Assembly: GCA_016195565.1 (NCBI GenBank)
Contig: JACPZK010000011.1
Coordinates: 13,097-77,096, forward strand
Reading direction: 5' to 3'
Source: Nitrospirota bacterium
GTDB taxonomy: Bacteria; Nitrospirota; Thermodesulfovibrionia; Thermodesulfovibrionales; UBA1546
DNA length: 64,000 nt
The translations under genes were made by a program, and so were the position numbers. Positions 24,838 through 34,112 of this stretch are shown in pieces; within the stretch, counting starts at the first letter, position 1; the number at the start of each line of letters is the position of its first letter. The notes beneath the pieces were generated by a model. The model ran no database searches, had not been told where the DNA came from, and saw nothing but the letters and a program-made list of their open reading frames with translations.

Positions 24838-27345
24838 ATGAATTCCGTAGTTATTGTTGAGTCGCCTGCGAAGGCAAAGACAATAAATAAATTTCTTGGA
24901 AAGGATTTCACGGTGAAGTCTTCCATTGGTCATATCCGCGATTTGGTGGAGGGAGAACTTGGAGTGGATGTGAACAACAATTTTCGGCCCAAGTATGAGG
25001 TTCCCGCCGAGAAAAAAAAAGTGGTAGCCGAATTGAAAAAAATCGCCAAAGGCGCGGATGTGGTGTGGCTCGCAACAGATGAAGACCGCGAAGGCGAGGC
25101 CATCGCGTGGCATTTGTCGGAAGTGCTGGATTTGAGCGAGAATAAAACGAGACGCATTACTTACTCTGAAATTACGAAAGACGCAATTCAAAAAGCGATT
25201 GAAAATCCGAGAACAATTGATAAAAATTTAGTTGACGCTCAACAAGCGCGCAGAGTTTTGGACAGATTGGTTGGCTATGAGATTTCGCCGATCCTTTGGA
25301 AGAAAGTGAAGCCTGCGCTATCGGCAGGAAGGGTGCAGAGCGTTGCCGTGAGATTGATTGTGGAGCGGGAAAGAGAGATACAAAATTTCAAATCCGTTTC
25401 ATCTTACAAAGTGTCGGCTGTTTTTCTGAATGAGAAAAACGAGATGGTGAAAGCGGAACTGCCGAAAAAGTTCCAAACCAAAGAAGAGGCGAAATCATTC
25501 CTCGAAAAATGCAAAGGTGCGGAGTTCTCCATCGCCGGCATAGAGACAAAACCCGCAAAGAAATCTCCATCTGCTCCTTTTACCACTTCAACGCTTCAGC
25601 AGGAGGCGGGAAGAAAATTCGGATACTCGGTTGCGCAAACCATGCGGATCGCGCAGGGGCTTTACGAGAGCGGAAAGATAACCTACATGCGCACGGATTC
25701 GGTAAATCTCTCCGACACTGCGCTGGGCCAGGCGAAAACAGAGGTTGAACGATTGTACGGCAAAGACTTTGTGAATATCCGCCGTTACAAAACCAGGAGC
25801 AAAGGCGCTCAGGAGGCGCACGAGGCCATCCGCCCGGCATATCTAAGCGTTTACGAAATTGAAGGCGATGCGCAGGAGCGGCGCATCTATGATCTGATCT
25901 GGAAAAGAACCGTCGCCTCGCAGATGAGCGATGCGCTGCTGGAGAAAACCACAGCAACCATCCGCGTGTCAACAACTGAAGAAAAGTTCGTTGCCCAGGG
26001 AGAGGTTCTGAAGTTCGAGGGATTTCTCAAGGTGTATCTCGAAGGAAAAGACGAGGAAGACGAGGAAAATGCGGAAGGCATCCTGCCTCCTTTGAAGATT
26101 GGCGAGAAGCTCTCAAACAGAGAAATAACTGCCACGGAACGGTTCACTTATCATCCGCCCCGCTACACCGAAGCCACGCTGGTGCGCAAACTGGAGGAAC
26201 TCGGCATCGGCAGGCCTTCCACCTATGCTCCAACCATCTTCACCATTCAAAAGAGAAATTATGCGGTGAAAGAAGACCGCGACGGCGTGAAAAGGCATTT
26301 CAGTTGTCTCACGTTGAAGAACGGGAATATCATTGCAGAAGAAAAATCCGAAAACACAGGCGCTGAGAAATCAAAGCTCTTTCCCACGGACATCGGTATG
26401 GTGGTAAATGATTTTTTGATGGATAATTTCAAAGCCATTATGGACTTTAATTTCACGGCAAAGGTGGAGGAGGAGTTTGACGAAATTGCCGGGGGAAAAT
26501 TAGTGTGGACCAAGATGCTTGCGGAGTTTTACAAGCCCTTTCATAAAACCGTCGAGCATACAGCGGAAACATCCGCGCGCCAGAGCGGCGAGCGCGTACT
26601 CGGCAAAGACCCTGTGACGGGAAAACAGGTGCTTGTGCGGCTCGGAAAGTTTGGGCCTATAGTTCAAATCGGGCATCAGGATGACGAGGAGAAACCGCGC
26701 TATGCTTCGCTTCGCAATGGTCAGCGCATGGATACCATCACCTTTGAACAGGCCATGGAGCTATTTAATCTGCCGCGCAGCCTCGGCACGCATGAAGGCG
26801 ATGAGGTGATCGTGAATATCGGCCGTTTCGGCCCATACATAAAATATCAGGGCGGATATGTGTCCCTCCCGAAAGGCGAAGACCCGCACACGATTTCTAT
26901 GAAAAGGGTAAAGGAAATCCTGAACGAACCCCGTCTGCCCAAGATATTGGGCAAGTTTCGGGATGAAGACATCATCGCGGCCAAAGGGAGATTCGGCCCG
27001 TATGTGAAATACAAAAACATCTTTGCATCCCTCGGCAAAGGGGAAGACCCGCTTTGTGTAACGCTGGAGCGCGCCATTGAACTGGTGACAGCGAAGGAGA
27101 AGAAAGAGCTGGATAAAATCATTAAATCGTGGGATGAGGATGCGCGGGTGCGCGTGGTGAACGGCAGATACGGCCCGTGTATTCAGTCCGGGAAAAAATT
27201 CTTCCGCATCCCTACGAGCAAAAAGCCGCAGGATATTACGCTGGATGAATGTCTTGACCTGGCGGGATTAAACGAGGGAAAGAAAAAACCCAAAGTTGCA
27301 AGCGCAAAGGGAAAAACGAAAGCCAAAACCCGCAAGGCGGGATAA
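24838..27345 (+). CDS. topA: DNA topoisomerase I, zinc-ribbon-less type with GRFGPY repeats and Lys-rich tail
   Basis: Toprim VIVESPAKAKTI; catalytic ITYMRTDS; three GR(F/Y)GP(Y/C) C-terminal repeats; no Cys4 motifs. Confidence 0.95.
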   Translation: MNSVVIVESPAKAKTINKFLGKDFTVKSSIGHIRDLVEGELGVDVNNNFRPKYEVPAEKKKVVAELKKIAKGADVVWLATDEDREGEAIAWHLSEVLDLSENKTRRITYSEITKDAIQKAIENPRTIDKNLVDAQQARRVLDRLVGYEISPILWKKVKPALSAGRVQSVAVRLIVEREREIQNFKSVSSYKVSAVFLNEKNEMVKAELPKKFQTKEEAKSFLEKCKGAEFSIAGIETKPAKKSPSAPFTTSTLQQEAGRKFGYSVAQTMRIAQGLYESGKITYMRTDSVNLSDTALGQAKTEVERLYGKDFVNIRRYKTRSKGAQEAHEAIRPAYLSVYEIEGDAQERRIYDLIWKRTVASQMSDALLEKTTATIRVSTTEEKFVAQGEVLKFEGFLKVYLEGKDEEDEENAEGILPPLKIGEKLSNREITATERFTYHPPRYTEATLVRKLEELGIGRPSTYAPTIFTIQKRNYAVKEDRDGVKRHFSCLTLKNGNIIAEEKSENTGAEKSKLFPTDIGMVVNDFLMDNFKAIMDFNFTAKVEEEFDEIAGGKLVWTKMLAEFYKPFHKTVEHTAETSARQSGERVLGKDPVTGKQVLVRLGKFGPIVQIGHQDDEEKPRYASLRNGQRMDTITFEQAMELFNLPRSLGTHEGDEVIVNIGRFGPYIKYQGGYVSLPKGEDPHTISMKRVKEILNEPRLPKILGKFRDEDIIAAKGRFGPYVKYKNIFASLGKGEDPLCVTLERAIELVTAKEKKELDKIIKSWDEDARVRVVNGRYGPCIQSGKKFFRIPTSKKPQDITLDECLDLAGLNEGKKKPKVASAKGKTKAKTRKAG

Positions 27346-27499
27346 GAAAAACAGCCTGCTGAGCGCTTTTCCCCCTTGTGAAAAATATTCCAAAAAGACA
27401 GGCAAGGTAATCCAGTGCCATAAAAAAGATTGCGGACATAAAGTCAGAATCGACTCGCAACGAGAAGAGGTCCATCAATTAGAAGAGACAGAGGCATAA
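27346..27499 (+). pseudogene. possible decayed TopA-type zinc-ribbon stub
   Basis: ..PPCEKYSKKTGKVIQCHKKDCGHKV.. in a frame different from topA; ends in a TAA that overlaps the expected mobB-like start. Confidence 0.25.
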
Positions 27500-28107
27500 C
27501 TGATAAAAGACCGCTGATTATAGGCATCGGCAGCAGCCACAGCGGAGCCGGCAAGACAACGGTGGCAGAAGCGCTGCTTAAACACCTGACAAAAGAGCGT
27601 TCAGCGTTCAGCGTTCAGCGTTCAGAGGGAAAAAATAAAAATTCATCACTCGTCACTGATAAATGGGGCGCAATCAAATATACAAAAACTGCCATTTACG
27701 CCTCAATAATTGAGGACCCTGAGACATTAACGCAGGAAAGCAAAGATACTGCAAGGCTCATCAACGCAGGCGCCGAAAAAGTGCTGTGGGTTCAATCGCC
27801 TCCCGAAGAACTCAAAGAGGTTCTTCCCATGGCTGTTGACAGGCTTTCTAATCTCAGAGGGATAATAGTGGAAGGCAACAGCGCAATTGAGTTTTTGAAA
27901 CCTGATATTGTAATATTTGTATCTGGAAGACATGGCGGCTCTTTAAAGAAAAGCGCTGAAAGAGTTCTTGAAACTGCAGACATAATTTTATTTGAGGATG
28001 AACCTTCCATGAAATTGCCTGAAAAGGCAAAGAGATTTAAGGTTGTTTTTACACCGATGTCAGGATTTGGTGAATGCCTGGATTACATACAGAAATTGCT
28101 GAAATGA
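27496..28107 (+). CDS. MobB-like P-loop protein; expected start codon is ATA
   Basis: P-loop GSSHSGAGKTT lies upstream of the first canonical start (GTG 27562); frame is open from 27442; KDTARLINAGAEKV resembles the MobB core; 66-nt array insertion. Confidence 0.55.
   Translation: MTDKRPLIIGIGSSHSGAGKTTVAEALLKHLTKERSAFSVQRSEGKNKNSSLVTDKWGAIKYTKTAIYASIIEDPETLTQESKDTARLINAGAEKVLWVQSPPEELKEVLPMAVDRLSNLRGIIVEGNSAIEFLKPDIVIFVSGRHGGSLKKSAERVLETADIILFEDEPSMKLPEKAKRFKVVFTPMSGFGECLDYIQKLLK
27596..27661. repeat. paired heptamer array in frame: 4 x AGCGTTC, spacer, 3 x A(C/T)TNNTN
   Basis: 66 nt = 22 codons (RSAFSVQRSEGKNKNSSLVTDK) between the P-loop helix and the next strand. Confidence 0.85.
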
Positions 28108-28114
28108 GGAGCGA

Positions 28115-28291
28115 GTGAAAAACAGGATAGCAATAGAAGAAGAGATTAAGAGAAAGGCTGTCAAAGGCAGGCTTTCATGCAGCTCTGCAAGGAAAATCGC
28201 AGAGGAGGCCGGAGTGTCCTATAAAATTGTCGGTAATGCCGCTGACAGGCTCAAGATAAAAATCACAAACTGCCAGCTTGGTTGTTTTTGA
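28115..28291 (+). CDS. small conserved-looking protein ending NCQLGCF
   Basis: 58 codons, GTG start after GGAG, stop overlaps the next ATG (TGATG). Confidence 0.4.
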   Translation: MKNRIAIEEEIKRKAVKGRLSCSSARKIAEEAGVSYKIVGNAADRLKIKITNCQLGCF

Positions 28292-29106
28292 TGATTACAC
28301 TTTTCTTTGAACTTGCACTGACATTTTATTTTACAGCAACGATAATCAGCATTGTTGAACTCTTCAGGAGTTCAAAGACAACAACAAAAATAATGCTGCT
28401 CTTTGTTGCAGCCGGTTTTGTTCTGCACACTATAAGCATCGTCCTGCGTTATGCTGATGCAGGCCGTATGCCGGCAGTGAATCCGCACGAAGCAACATCT
28501 TTTTTTTCGTGGTGTACCGTACTTATATTCCTCATCCTTGAATTCAGATACAAGATCGGGCTCCTCGGTTCATTTATTATGCCTCTCGTCTTTGTCCTGA
28601 TGCTTTCATCTGCAATGCTGCCAAGAGAGATCAAGCCTTTAAGCCCTGAACTCCAGAGCTACTGGCTCAGCATTCATACGATACTCGCATTCATAGGCAA
28701 TGCAGCATTCGCAATGGCAGCAGGCATAGGAGTCATGTATCTGATTCAGGAGCGATATGTAAAATCAAAACATCCAAGCGGGCTGTTTCAGAGGCTGCCG
28801 AGCCTTCAAATCCTTGATGAGATAAACTACAGGCTGATAACAATCGGCTTCCCTCTGCTTACACTTGCAATTATAACCGGAGCGCTCTGGGCGCAGAGCG
28901 CATGGGGAAGCTACCTGAAAGGAGACTTCCGCGTGGTATGGGCCATTATCACCTGGCTTATATACGCCGTAGTTCTGCACACACGGCTTTTAGCAGGATG
29001 GAGAGGGAAAAGGGCTGCAATACTGTCTATCATCGGGTTCATTACAATCCTTATCGCATTCTTCGGGATTAAATTAATCAAAAAAGGTCTTCATGTCTTC
29101 CTATGA
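28291..29106 (+). CDS. CcsA/HemX-like cytochrome c assembly family membrane protein
   Basis: 8 TM helices; degenerate W-rich motif WAQSAWGSYLKGDFRVVW; directly upstream of hemA as in hemAX loci. Confidence 0.7.
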   Translation: MITLFFELALTFYFTATIISIVELFRSSKTTTKIMLLFVAAGFVLHTISIVLRYADAGRMPAVNPHEATSFFSWCTVLIFLILEFRYKIGLLGSFIMPLVFVLMLSSAMLPREIKPLSPELQSYWLSIHTILAFIGNAAFAMAAGIGVMYLIQERYVKSKHPSGLFQRLPSLQILDEINYRLITIGFPLLTLAIITGALWAQSAWGSYLKGDFRVVWAIITWLIYAVVLHTRLLAGWRGKRAAILSIIGFITILIAFFGIKLIKKGLHVFL

Positions 29107-30368
29107 ATATTCTTATTGTAGGGCTTAATCATAAGACTGCTGATGTAGACATCAGGGAAAGGCTTGCCTTTAACGGACAAAAACTTGAGGAAGGCCTGCA
29201 GAGGATTAAAACCCTTCCTGATGTAAAAGAGGCTGTCATCCTGTCAACATGCAACAGGGTTGAAATCTATGCTGCTGTAACCAACGCTGCAGCTGCGCAT
29301 GAGGCAATAAAAAATTTCATCTCTGAGTTTCATGGGATTGACAGGAGCGCACTTGAAACATCACTTTACGCATACGAAGACATAAACGCTGTCAGGCATG
29401 TCTTCAGGGTTGCATCAAGCCTTGATTCAATGATTGTCGGCGAACCTCAGATACTCGGTCAGATTAAAGATGCGTTTGATTTTTCACTCCAGAAAAAAAC
29501 AACAGGGATACTGCTCAATAAACTCATGAAAAAGACAATCTCTGTAGCCAAGCGGATACGCACAGAGACAAAGATTGCTGAAAATGCAGTGTCAATAAGC
29601 TTTGCTGCCGTTGAACTCGCAAAAAAGATTTTTACAGACCTCTCAACAAAATCTTTTATGCTCCTCGGAGCCGGTGACATGGCAGAACTTGCGGCAAGAC
29701 ACCTCATGAGCAGCGGAGTTAAGGATGTCCTCGTTGCAAACAGGACTTATGAGAGTGGAGAGAAACTTGCCAAAGAATTCAATGGCCGGGCTGTAAGATT
29801 TGACGATTTTATACATGAGATGGTCCATACGGATATTGTCATATGTTCAACAGGCGCATCAAAATACGTGCTCATGAAAGAACAGATGCAGAAGGTCATG
29901 AAAGAAAGAAGGCATAAGCCCGTTTTTATAATTGACATCTCTGTGCCAAGAAACATAGACCCTTCCATAAATGACATAGACAATGTCTATCTTTATGATG
30001 TTGATGACCTGCATGGGATTGTTGATACAAACAAGCTTGAGCGGCAGAAAGAGGCTGAGAAGGCCGAAGGCATAATAGCTGAGGAGATAGAAACCTTTCA
30101 AAAATGGCTGGCATCGCTTGACTCTGTTCCGACAGTCGTTGCCCTGCGCAACAGGGCGGACGCCGTCAAAAAAGAAGAGATTGAAAAACTTCTGAACAAA
30201 CTGCCTGCACTTGGAGAAAAAGAAAAAGAGGCTGTTGAATACATGGCAAATGCAATCATTAACAAGCTCATTCATCCACCCACTGCCGCTCTAAAAGAAG
30301 ACTCCGAGGACAAAGACATCCTCATCGCAGCAATCAGAAAACTTTACGGGTTGGATAAGGAGGAGTAA
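29103..30368 (+). CDS. hemA: glutamyl-tRNA reductase
   Basis: STCNRVEIY catalytic-Cys motif, NADPH domain GAGDMA. Confidence 0.95.
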   Translation: MNILIVGLNHKTADVDIRERLAFNGQKLEEGLQRIKTLPDVKEAVILSTCNRVEIYAAVTNAAAAHEAIKNFISEFHGIDRSALETSLYAYEDINAVRHVFRVASSLDSMIVGEPQILGQIKDAFDFSLQKKTTGILLNKLMKKTISVAKRIRTETKIAENAVSISFAAVELAKKIFTDLSTKSFMLLGAGDMAELAARHLMSSGVKDVLVANRTYESGEKLAKEFNGRAVRFDDFIHEMVHTDIVICSTGASKYVLMKEQMQKVMKERRHKPVFIIDISVPRNIDPSINDIDNVYLYDVDDLHGIVDTNKLERQKEAEKAEGIIAEEIETFQKWLASLDSVPTVVALRNRADAVKKEEIEKLLNKLPALGEKEKEAVEYMANAIINKLIHPPTAALKEDSEDKDILIAAIRKLYGLDKEE

Positions 30369-30408
30369 GACTCTATGTCATTTATCAAACCGGCAGTCTG
30401 TGTACCTT

Positions 30409-30504
30409 TCTAATCGCCAACCTAATCACCAACCATTATACAAGTACATAATAGACTGCCCGTCCTTACAATTGACAACCTAATTGACAACCTAATTGAC
30501 AACC
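30409..30504. repeat. 12-mer direct repeats CTAAT(C/T)(G/A)(C/A)CAAC: 2 copies, 36-nt gap, 3 copies
   Basis: ctaatcgccaac ctaatcaccaac ... (a)caattgacaac ctaattgacaac ctaattgacaac, between convergent hemA and fic. Confidence 0.8.
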
Positions 30505-30506
30505 AG

Positions 30507-31544
30507 TTAGACAAGCTCATAATACGCCCCCCTGCCTTTTCCCCTGAGACTAACAACCTTCAATCCGACCAGTTTGTTCATCTCCTTTAAAGCAGCCTGT
30601 CTTGAAATCTCAAATTCTTTCGCAACGTCACCAATAGTAATTTTTTTATCCCGGATTATTCTCTCCACAATCTTCATCTGCCTTTCAGTCAGAGCAATCT
30701 GCCCTTTCTTAGCCTTTCTCAGTCTTTCACTGCTGAGGCGGACAACGCTCTCCTTGACAGCAGCGATGCTCACCTTAACGCCTTCAACAAAATACTCAAG
30801 CCATGCGGTTAAATCAAGGGTTTTTTGATTCACGCTTTGAAGGGCACGGTAATACGATGGCCTGTCAGAATCATAATAATCATCCAGACAGAAGAATTGT
30901 TTTGCGTCAAAACCCCTCAAATAAAGTATCAGTGTGGCAAGGACACGGGCAGTTCTCCCATTGCCATCTATAAATGGATGAATTCTCACAAATTCATAAT
31001 GAGATATTCCGGCTTCAATAACAGGGTCAAGAACCTGTGCCTCAGAAAAATTCAGCCACATAATCAAAGCCTTCATTAATTTTGGGACATCTTCATTTGA
31101 AGGCGGCCTGAAAAAGACCTCCCCTGTCAATCTGTTTCCGACTATGACATAGCGGCTCCGATACACGCCGCAATCAGAAGGATTTTCAAGTGTATCTCTC
31201 GTTACCATTTTATGAATCTTGAGAATGTCTTTTTCAGTTATTTTTTTGCCGTCTGTCAACTTATCAATGGCCTGAAGAACTTTGAGATAATTCAAAACCT
31301 CCTGCTTGTCTTTTCGCGTTGCCATGATTTCACGGCCCTGTGCGAGATCGCTGACCTGTTCAAGAGACAGCCTGTTTCCTTCAATAGCAGTAGATGAATG
31401 GGCAGACCTGATAATAGCATCCCGCCGGAGCGAGACCTCCCATTTCGGAATAAAAGGAGAATTCAGCACGAGTTCCCTTGCAGCGGCTATCTGAGTAAGA
31501 GCACCGACAATTTTATTGGTATATTTAAAGTTTGGTTTAAACAT
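30507..31544 (-). CDS. Fic-family protein (class II, N-terminal inhibitory motif) with C-terminal wHTH
   Basis: HPFIDGNGRTARVL Fic motif; STAIEGN inhibitory (S/T)xxxE(G/N); start set to MFKPNFKY. Confidence 0.85.
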   Translation of the reverse strand: MFKPNFKYTNKIVGALTQIAAARELVLNSPFIPKWEVSLRRDAIIRSAHSSTAIEGNRLSLEQVSDLAQGREIMATRKDKQEVLNYLKVLQAIDKLTDGKKITEKDILKIHKMVTRDTLENPSDCGVYRSRYVIVGNRLTGEVFFRPPSNEDVPKLMKALIMWLNFSEAQVLDPVIEAGISHYEFVRIHPFIDGNGRTARVLATLILYLRGFDAKQFFCLDDYYDSDRPSYYRALQSVNQKTLDLTAWLEYFVEGVKVSIAAVKESVVRLSSERLRKAKKGQIALTERQMKIVERIIRDKKITIGDVAKEFEISRQAALKEMNKLVGLKVVSLRGKGRGAYYELV

Positions 31545-31806
31545 CTCCCGCCTCATCCTGCCAGTTGGGTTTGAACTCCACATTTTGTGATTCAACTGAT
31601 TTTAAAGGCATCTTATTGTCTGCAAGGGGATTATGAACAATATTAACCTCAACACCAATTTTATTAGGACGATTAACAACATTCATATATGAGTAAAGAA
31701 CGGCACTGATTCCTGCATAATCCTTATTCATAAAAATATCGGTCGGCACAGGACTGCCTTTTGCAGTTGTAACAGCATCCCTATATTGATGAAAAGAATT
31801 ATCCAT
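31537..31806 (-). CDS. 89-aa hypothetical protein, translationally coupled to fic
   Basis: AAGGA 4 nt before the ATG at 31806; stop overlaps the fic start (ATGTTTAA). Confidence 0.4.
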   Translation of the reverse strand: MDNSFHQYRDAVTTAKGSPVPTDIFMNKDYAGISAVLYSYMNVVNRPNKIGVEVNIVHNPLADNKMPLKSVESQNVEFKPNWQDEAGDV

Positions 31807-31835
31807 AATCCTTATTTCATCTCCCCACAGTCTCC

Positions 31836-32873
31836 CTACACCACCATCCACTGCTGGGGCAAAAATAATCTTTCGTAGGTCATCATCGCAAACCTGTCGG
31901 TCATCCCTGCAACAAAGTCACAAACCATCCTGTGCTTGTTCAGCTTCTTTTCAGCTGGAATATCCTTAAAGACCTCTTCAATATGTTCAAGGTAATATTC
32001 ATACAAATCGCCAAGTATCTTTTTTGCTTTCCTGAACTCTACTTTCGTAGTATCGCTCTCATACACACGCTCATAAAGAAAATCCCTGAGCATATATGTT
32101 GCTGATGATACCTCAGAGCTCATAGAGAGCTTTTCAAAGTCTGTTTCGAGGGATTGATATATGAAGTCCTTTACCATTCTGTCTATTCTTCCGGAATGTG
32201 TATCTCCGAGAATAGTTGCAATCTTTTTGGGAATGTCGGTTCTTTTTATAACCCCTGCCCTTATCGCATCGTCAAGGTCGTGGTTGACATAGGCAATGAT
32301 ATCCGAGACGCGCACTACCTGCCCTTCAAGCGTCTCTGCCCTGTCTGCCTTTGTTTCAGGAATAATCATTCCCTTGCCCTTTGAATGTTTTACAATGCCG
32401 TTCCTTACCTCATAAGTGAGATTCAGTCCTTTCCCGTTCTGCTCAAGAAAATCCACTACCCTCAGGCTCTGTTTATAATGGTCAAAACCTTCGGGATGTA
32501 TTTCCCTCAGTATTGCCTCGCCTGCATGTCCGAAAGGTGTATGACCGAGGTCGTGGCCGAGCGCAATCGCCTCCGTTAAATCTTCGTTTAATCTCAATGC
32601 GCGTGAAATAGTCCTTGCAATCTGCGACACCTCAAGCACATGGGTGAGCCGTGTCCTGTAGTGGTCGCCTTTAGGCGCAAGAAAGACCTGTGTCTTGTGT
32701 TTTAATCTTCTGAATGCCTTTGAATGGATAATCCTGTCACGGTCTCTCTGAAAGCAGGTCCGTATCTCGCCTTCTTTTTCAGGCTTCATTCTGCCTTTGC
32801 TGTTTGCGCTAAGACATGCCTTTGGATGAAGGGTCTTTCGCTCAATCTCCTCTGTCTGCTCACGAATGGTCAT
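31836..32873 (-). CDS. dgt: dGTP triphosphohydrolase-like HD-domain protein
   Basis: [27 protein letters not shown] motif. Confidence 0.85.
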   Translation of the reverse strand: MTIREQTEEIERKTLHPKACLSANSKGRMKPEKEGEIRTCFQRDRDRIIHSKAFRRLKHKTQVFLAPKGDHYRTRLTHVLEVSQIARTISRALRLNEDLTEAIALGHDLGHTPFGHAGEAILREIHPEGFDHYKQSLRVVDFLEQNGKGLNLTYEVRNGIVKHSKGKGMIIPETKADRAETLEGQVVRVSDIIAYVNHDLDDAIRAGVIKRTDIPKKIATILGDTHSGRIDRMVKDFIYQSLETDFEKLSMSSEVSSATYMLRDFLYERVYESDTTKVEFRKAKKILGDLYEYYLEHIEEVFKDIPAEKKLNKHRMVCDFVAGMTDRFAMMTYERLFLPQQWMVV

Positions 32874-32876
32874 AAC

Positions 32877-34112
32877 TCACACAATATACAAAAACCTCTG
32901 CTTAAACTCCATCACTCTCATATTTGCCGCGGCTGCTATTTTCTTTATATTCTCAGGCTTGAAATCTTCCTTCTCCAGCCTCATCATATATTCCCTTCCG
33001 ACAAGATACGGTTCAGAGGTTATGTCAACGTATCTCATCTTCGGCTTTCCTGTCTCAGGCTCAAACATCTCACAGAAAGGCACTGATTTAAGTTTGCCCT
33101 CGTAAAACACTATCATGGAGCCTGTGCCTCCCATTAAAAGAAATTTCACGGCGCCGTATCCGAGGTTTCTTGTATATTCAGCATCAAACGGAATCGGGTT
33201 TGCAGCCCTGAGTTCATACCCTATGTTTTTATCAACAATTGTGACTTTTATACCCCGGCTTTCAAGACTTTTATTCACAAGCATCTTCATCACCCTTCCA
33301 AGCTGAATCTCTGATAGCCTCACCCTGCCTGTCTCATCCTTCTCAACGCATTCATGCCTCAGAAGCTCTTCAGGAGCAAACTTGTTTGCAATCCCCTCTG
33401 CGAGCACTGCAACACCGTAATCTTTGCCTATCGAAAGCCTCTTGATGATAGAGCCTTCAAGTATGTCAGCGACTTTTTTAAATGAAAGCTTTTCTTCCTT
33501 AAATTCCTCGGGGATTAACGTGACTGTTGCTCCTGCCGCCTTCCCTATGCCGAGCGCAAGATGTCCGGTGTACCTGCCCATCGTTGTCACAAAATACCAT
33601 CTTCCTGTTGCCCTTGCATCTTCAAGGATGTTTTCTACGATTTCAACTCCCCAGTGCCTCGCAGTCTCATAGCCGAATGTCTGGATTCCGCCGGGCATAG
33701 GCAGGTCATTGTCTATTGTCTTTGGAACATGGACAACCGCAATGCTCCCCTTTGCCTCTTTTTCTATCCATCTTGCCATGTAGAGAGTTCCTTCGCCGCC
33801 GATTGTAATAAGATACCTTGTCTTTAGTGATTTCAGCGTTGACATGAGAACCCTGAAACGCTCTTTAGCTTTTTCAGGAAAATCTCTTGATGTTCTAAGG
33901 ATTGAACCGCCTGTGATGTGAATCTTGCTTACATTATCAAAAGTAAGCTCTAAAGCCTTCTTCTTATCTCCTGCAAAAAGGCTCTTGAATCCTCCGACTA
34001 TGCCGATGACCTTCTTGCCTTTCTTTATAGCCTCAATCGTAGCAGCGCTGATAACGCCGTTAATGCCCGGCGCCGGACCTCCGCCTACGATTATTGCAAT
34101 TGTCTCTTTCAT
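32877..34112 (-). CDS. 6-phosphofructokinase (ATP- or PPi-dependent)
   Basis: GGGPAPGINGVI, TIGGEGT, PKTIDND motifs. Confidence 0.85.
   Translation of the reverse strand: MKETIAIIVGGGPAPGINGVISAATIEAIKKGKKVIGIVGGFKSLFAGDKKKALELTFDNVSKIHITGGSILRTSRDFPEKAKERFRVLMSTLKSLKTRYLITIGGEGTLYMARWIEKEAKGSIAVVHVPKTIDNDLPMPGGIQTFGYETARHWGVEIVENILEDARATGRWYFVTTMGRYTGHLALGIGKAAGATVTLIPEEFKEEKLSFKKVADILEGSIIKRLSIGKDYGVAVLAEGIANKFAPEELLRHECVEKDETGRVRLSEIQLGRVMKMLVNKSLESRGIKVTIVDKNIGYELRAANPIPFDAEYTRNLGYGAVKFLLMGGTGSMIVFYEGKLKSVPFCEMFEPETGKPKMRYVDITSEPYLVGREYMMRLEKEDFKPENIKKIAAAANMRVMEFKQRFLYIV

Noticed and set aside
24742-25191. Track ORFs made of repeat DNA or antisense sequence (also 9427-9774, 10128-10637, 12393-12581, 37392-37910, 21364-21585, 34109-34387)
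   Set aside because: They overlap strongly supported genes on the other strand or are translations of the type-A, type-B or array repeats. They have no motifs and a low-complexity composition.
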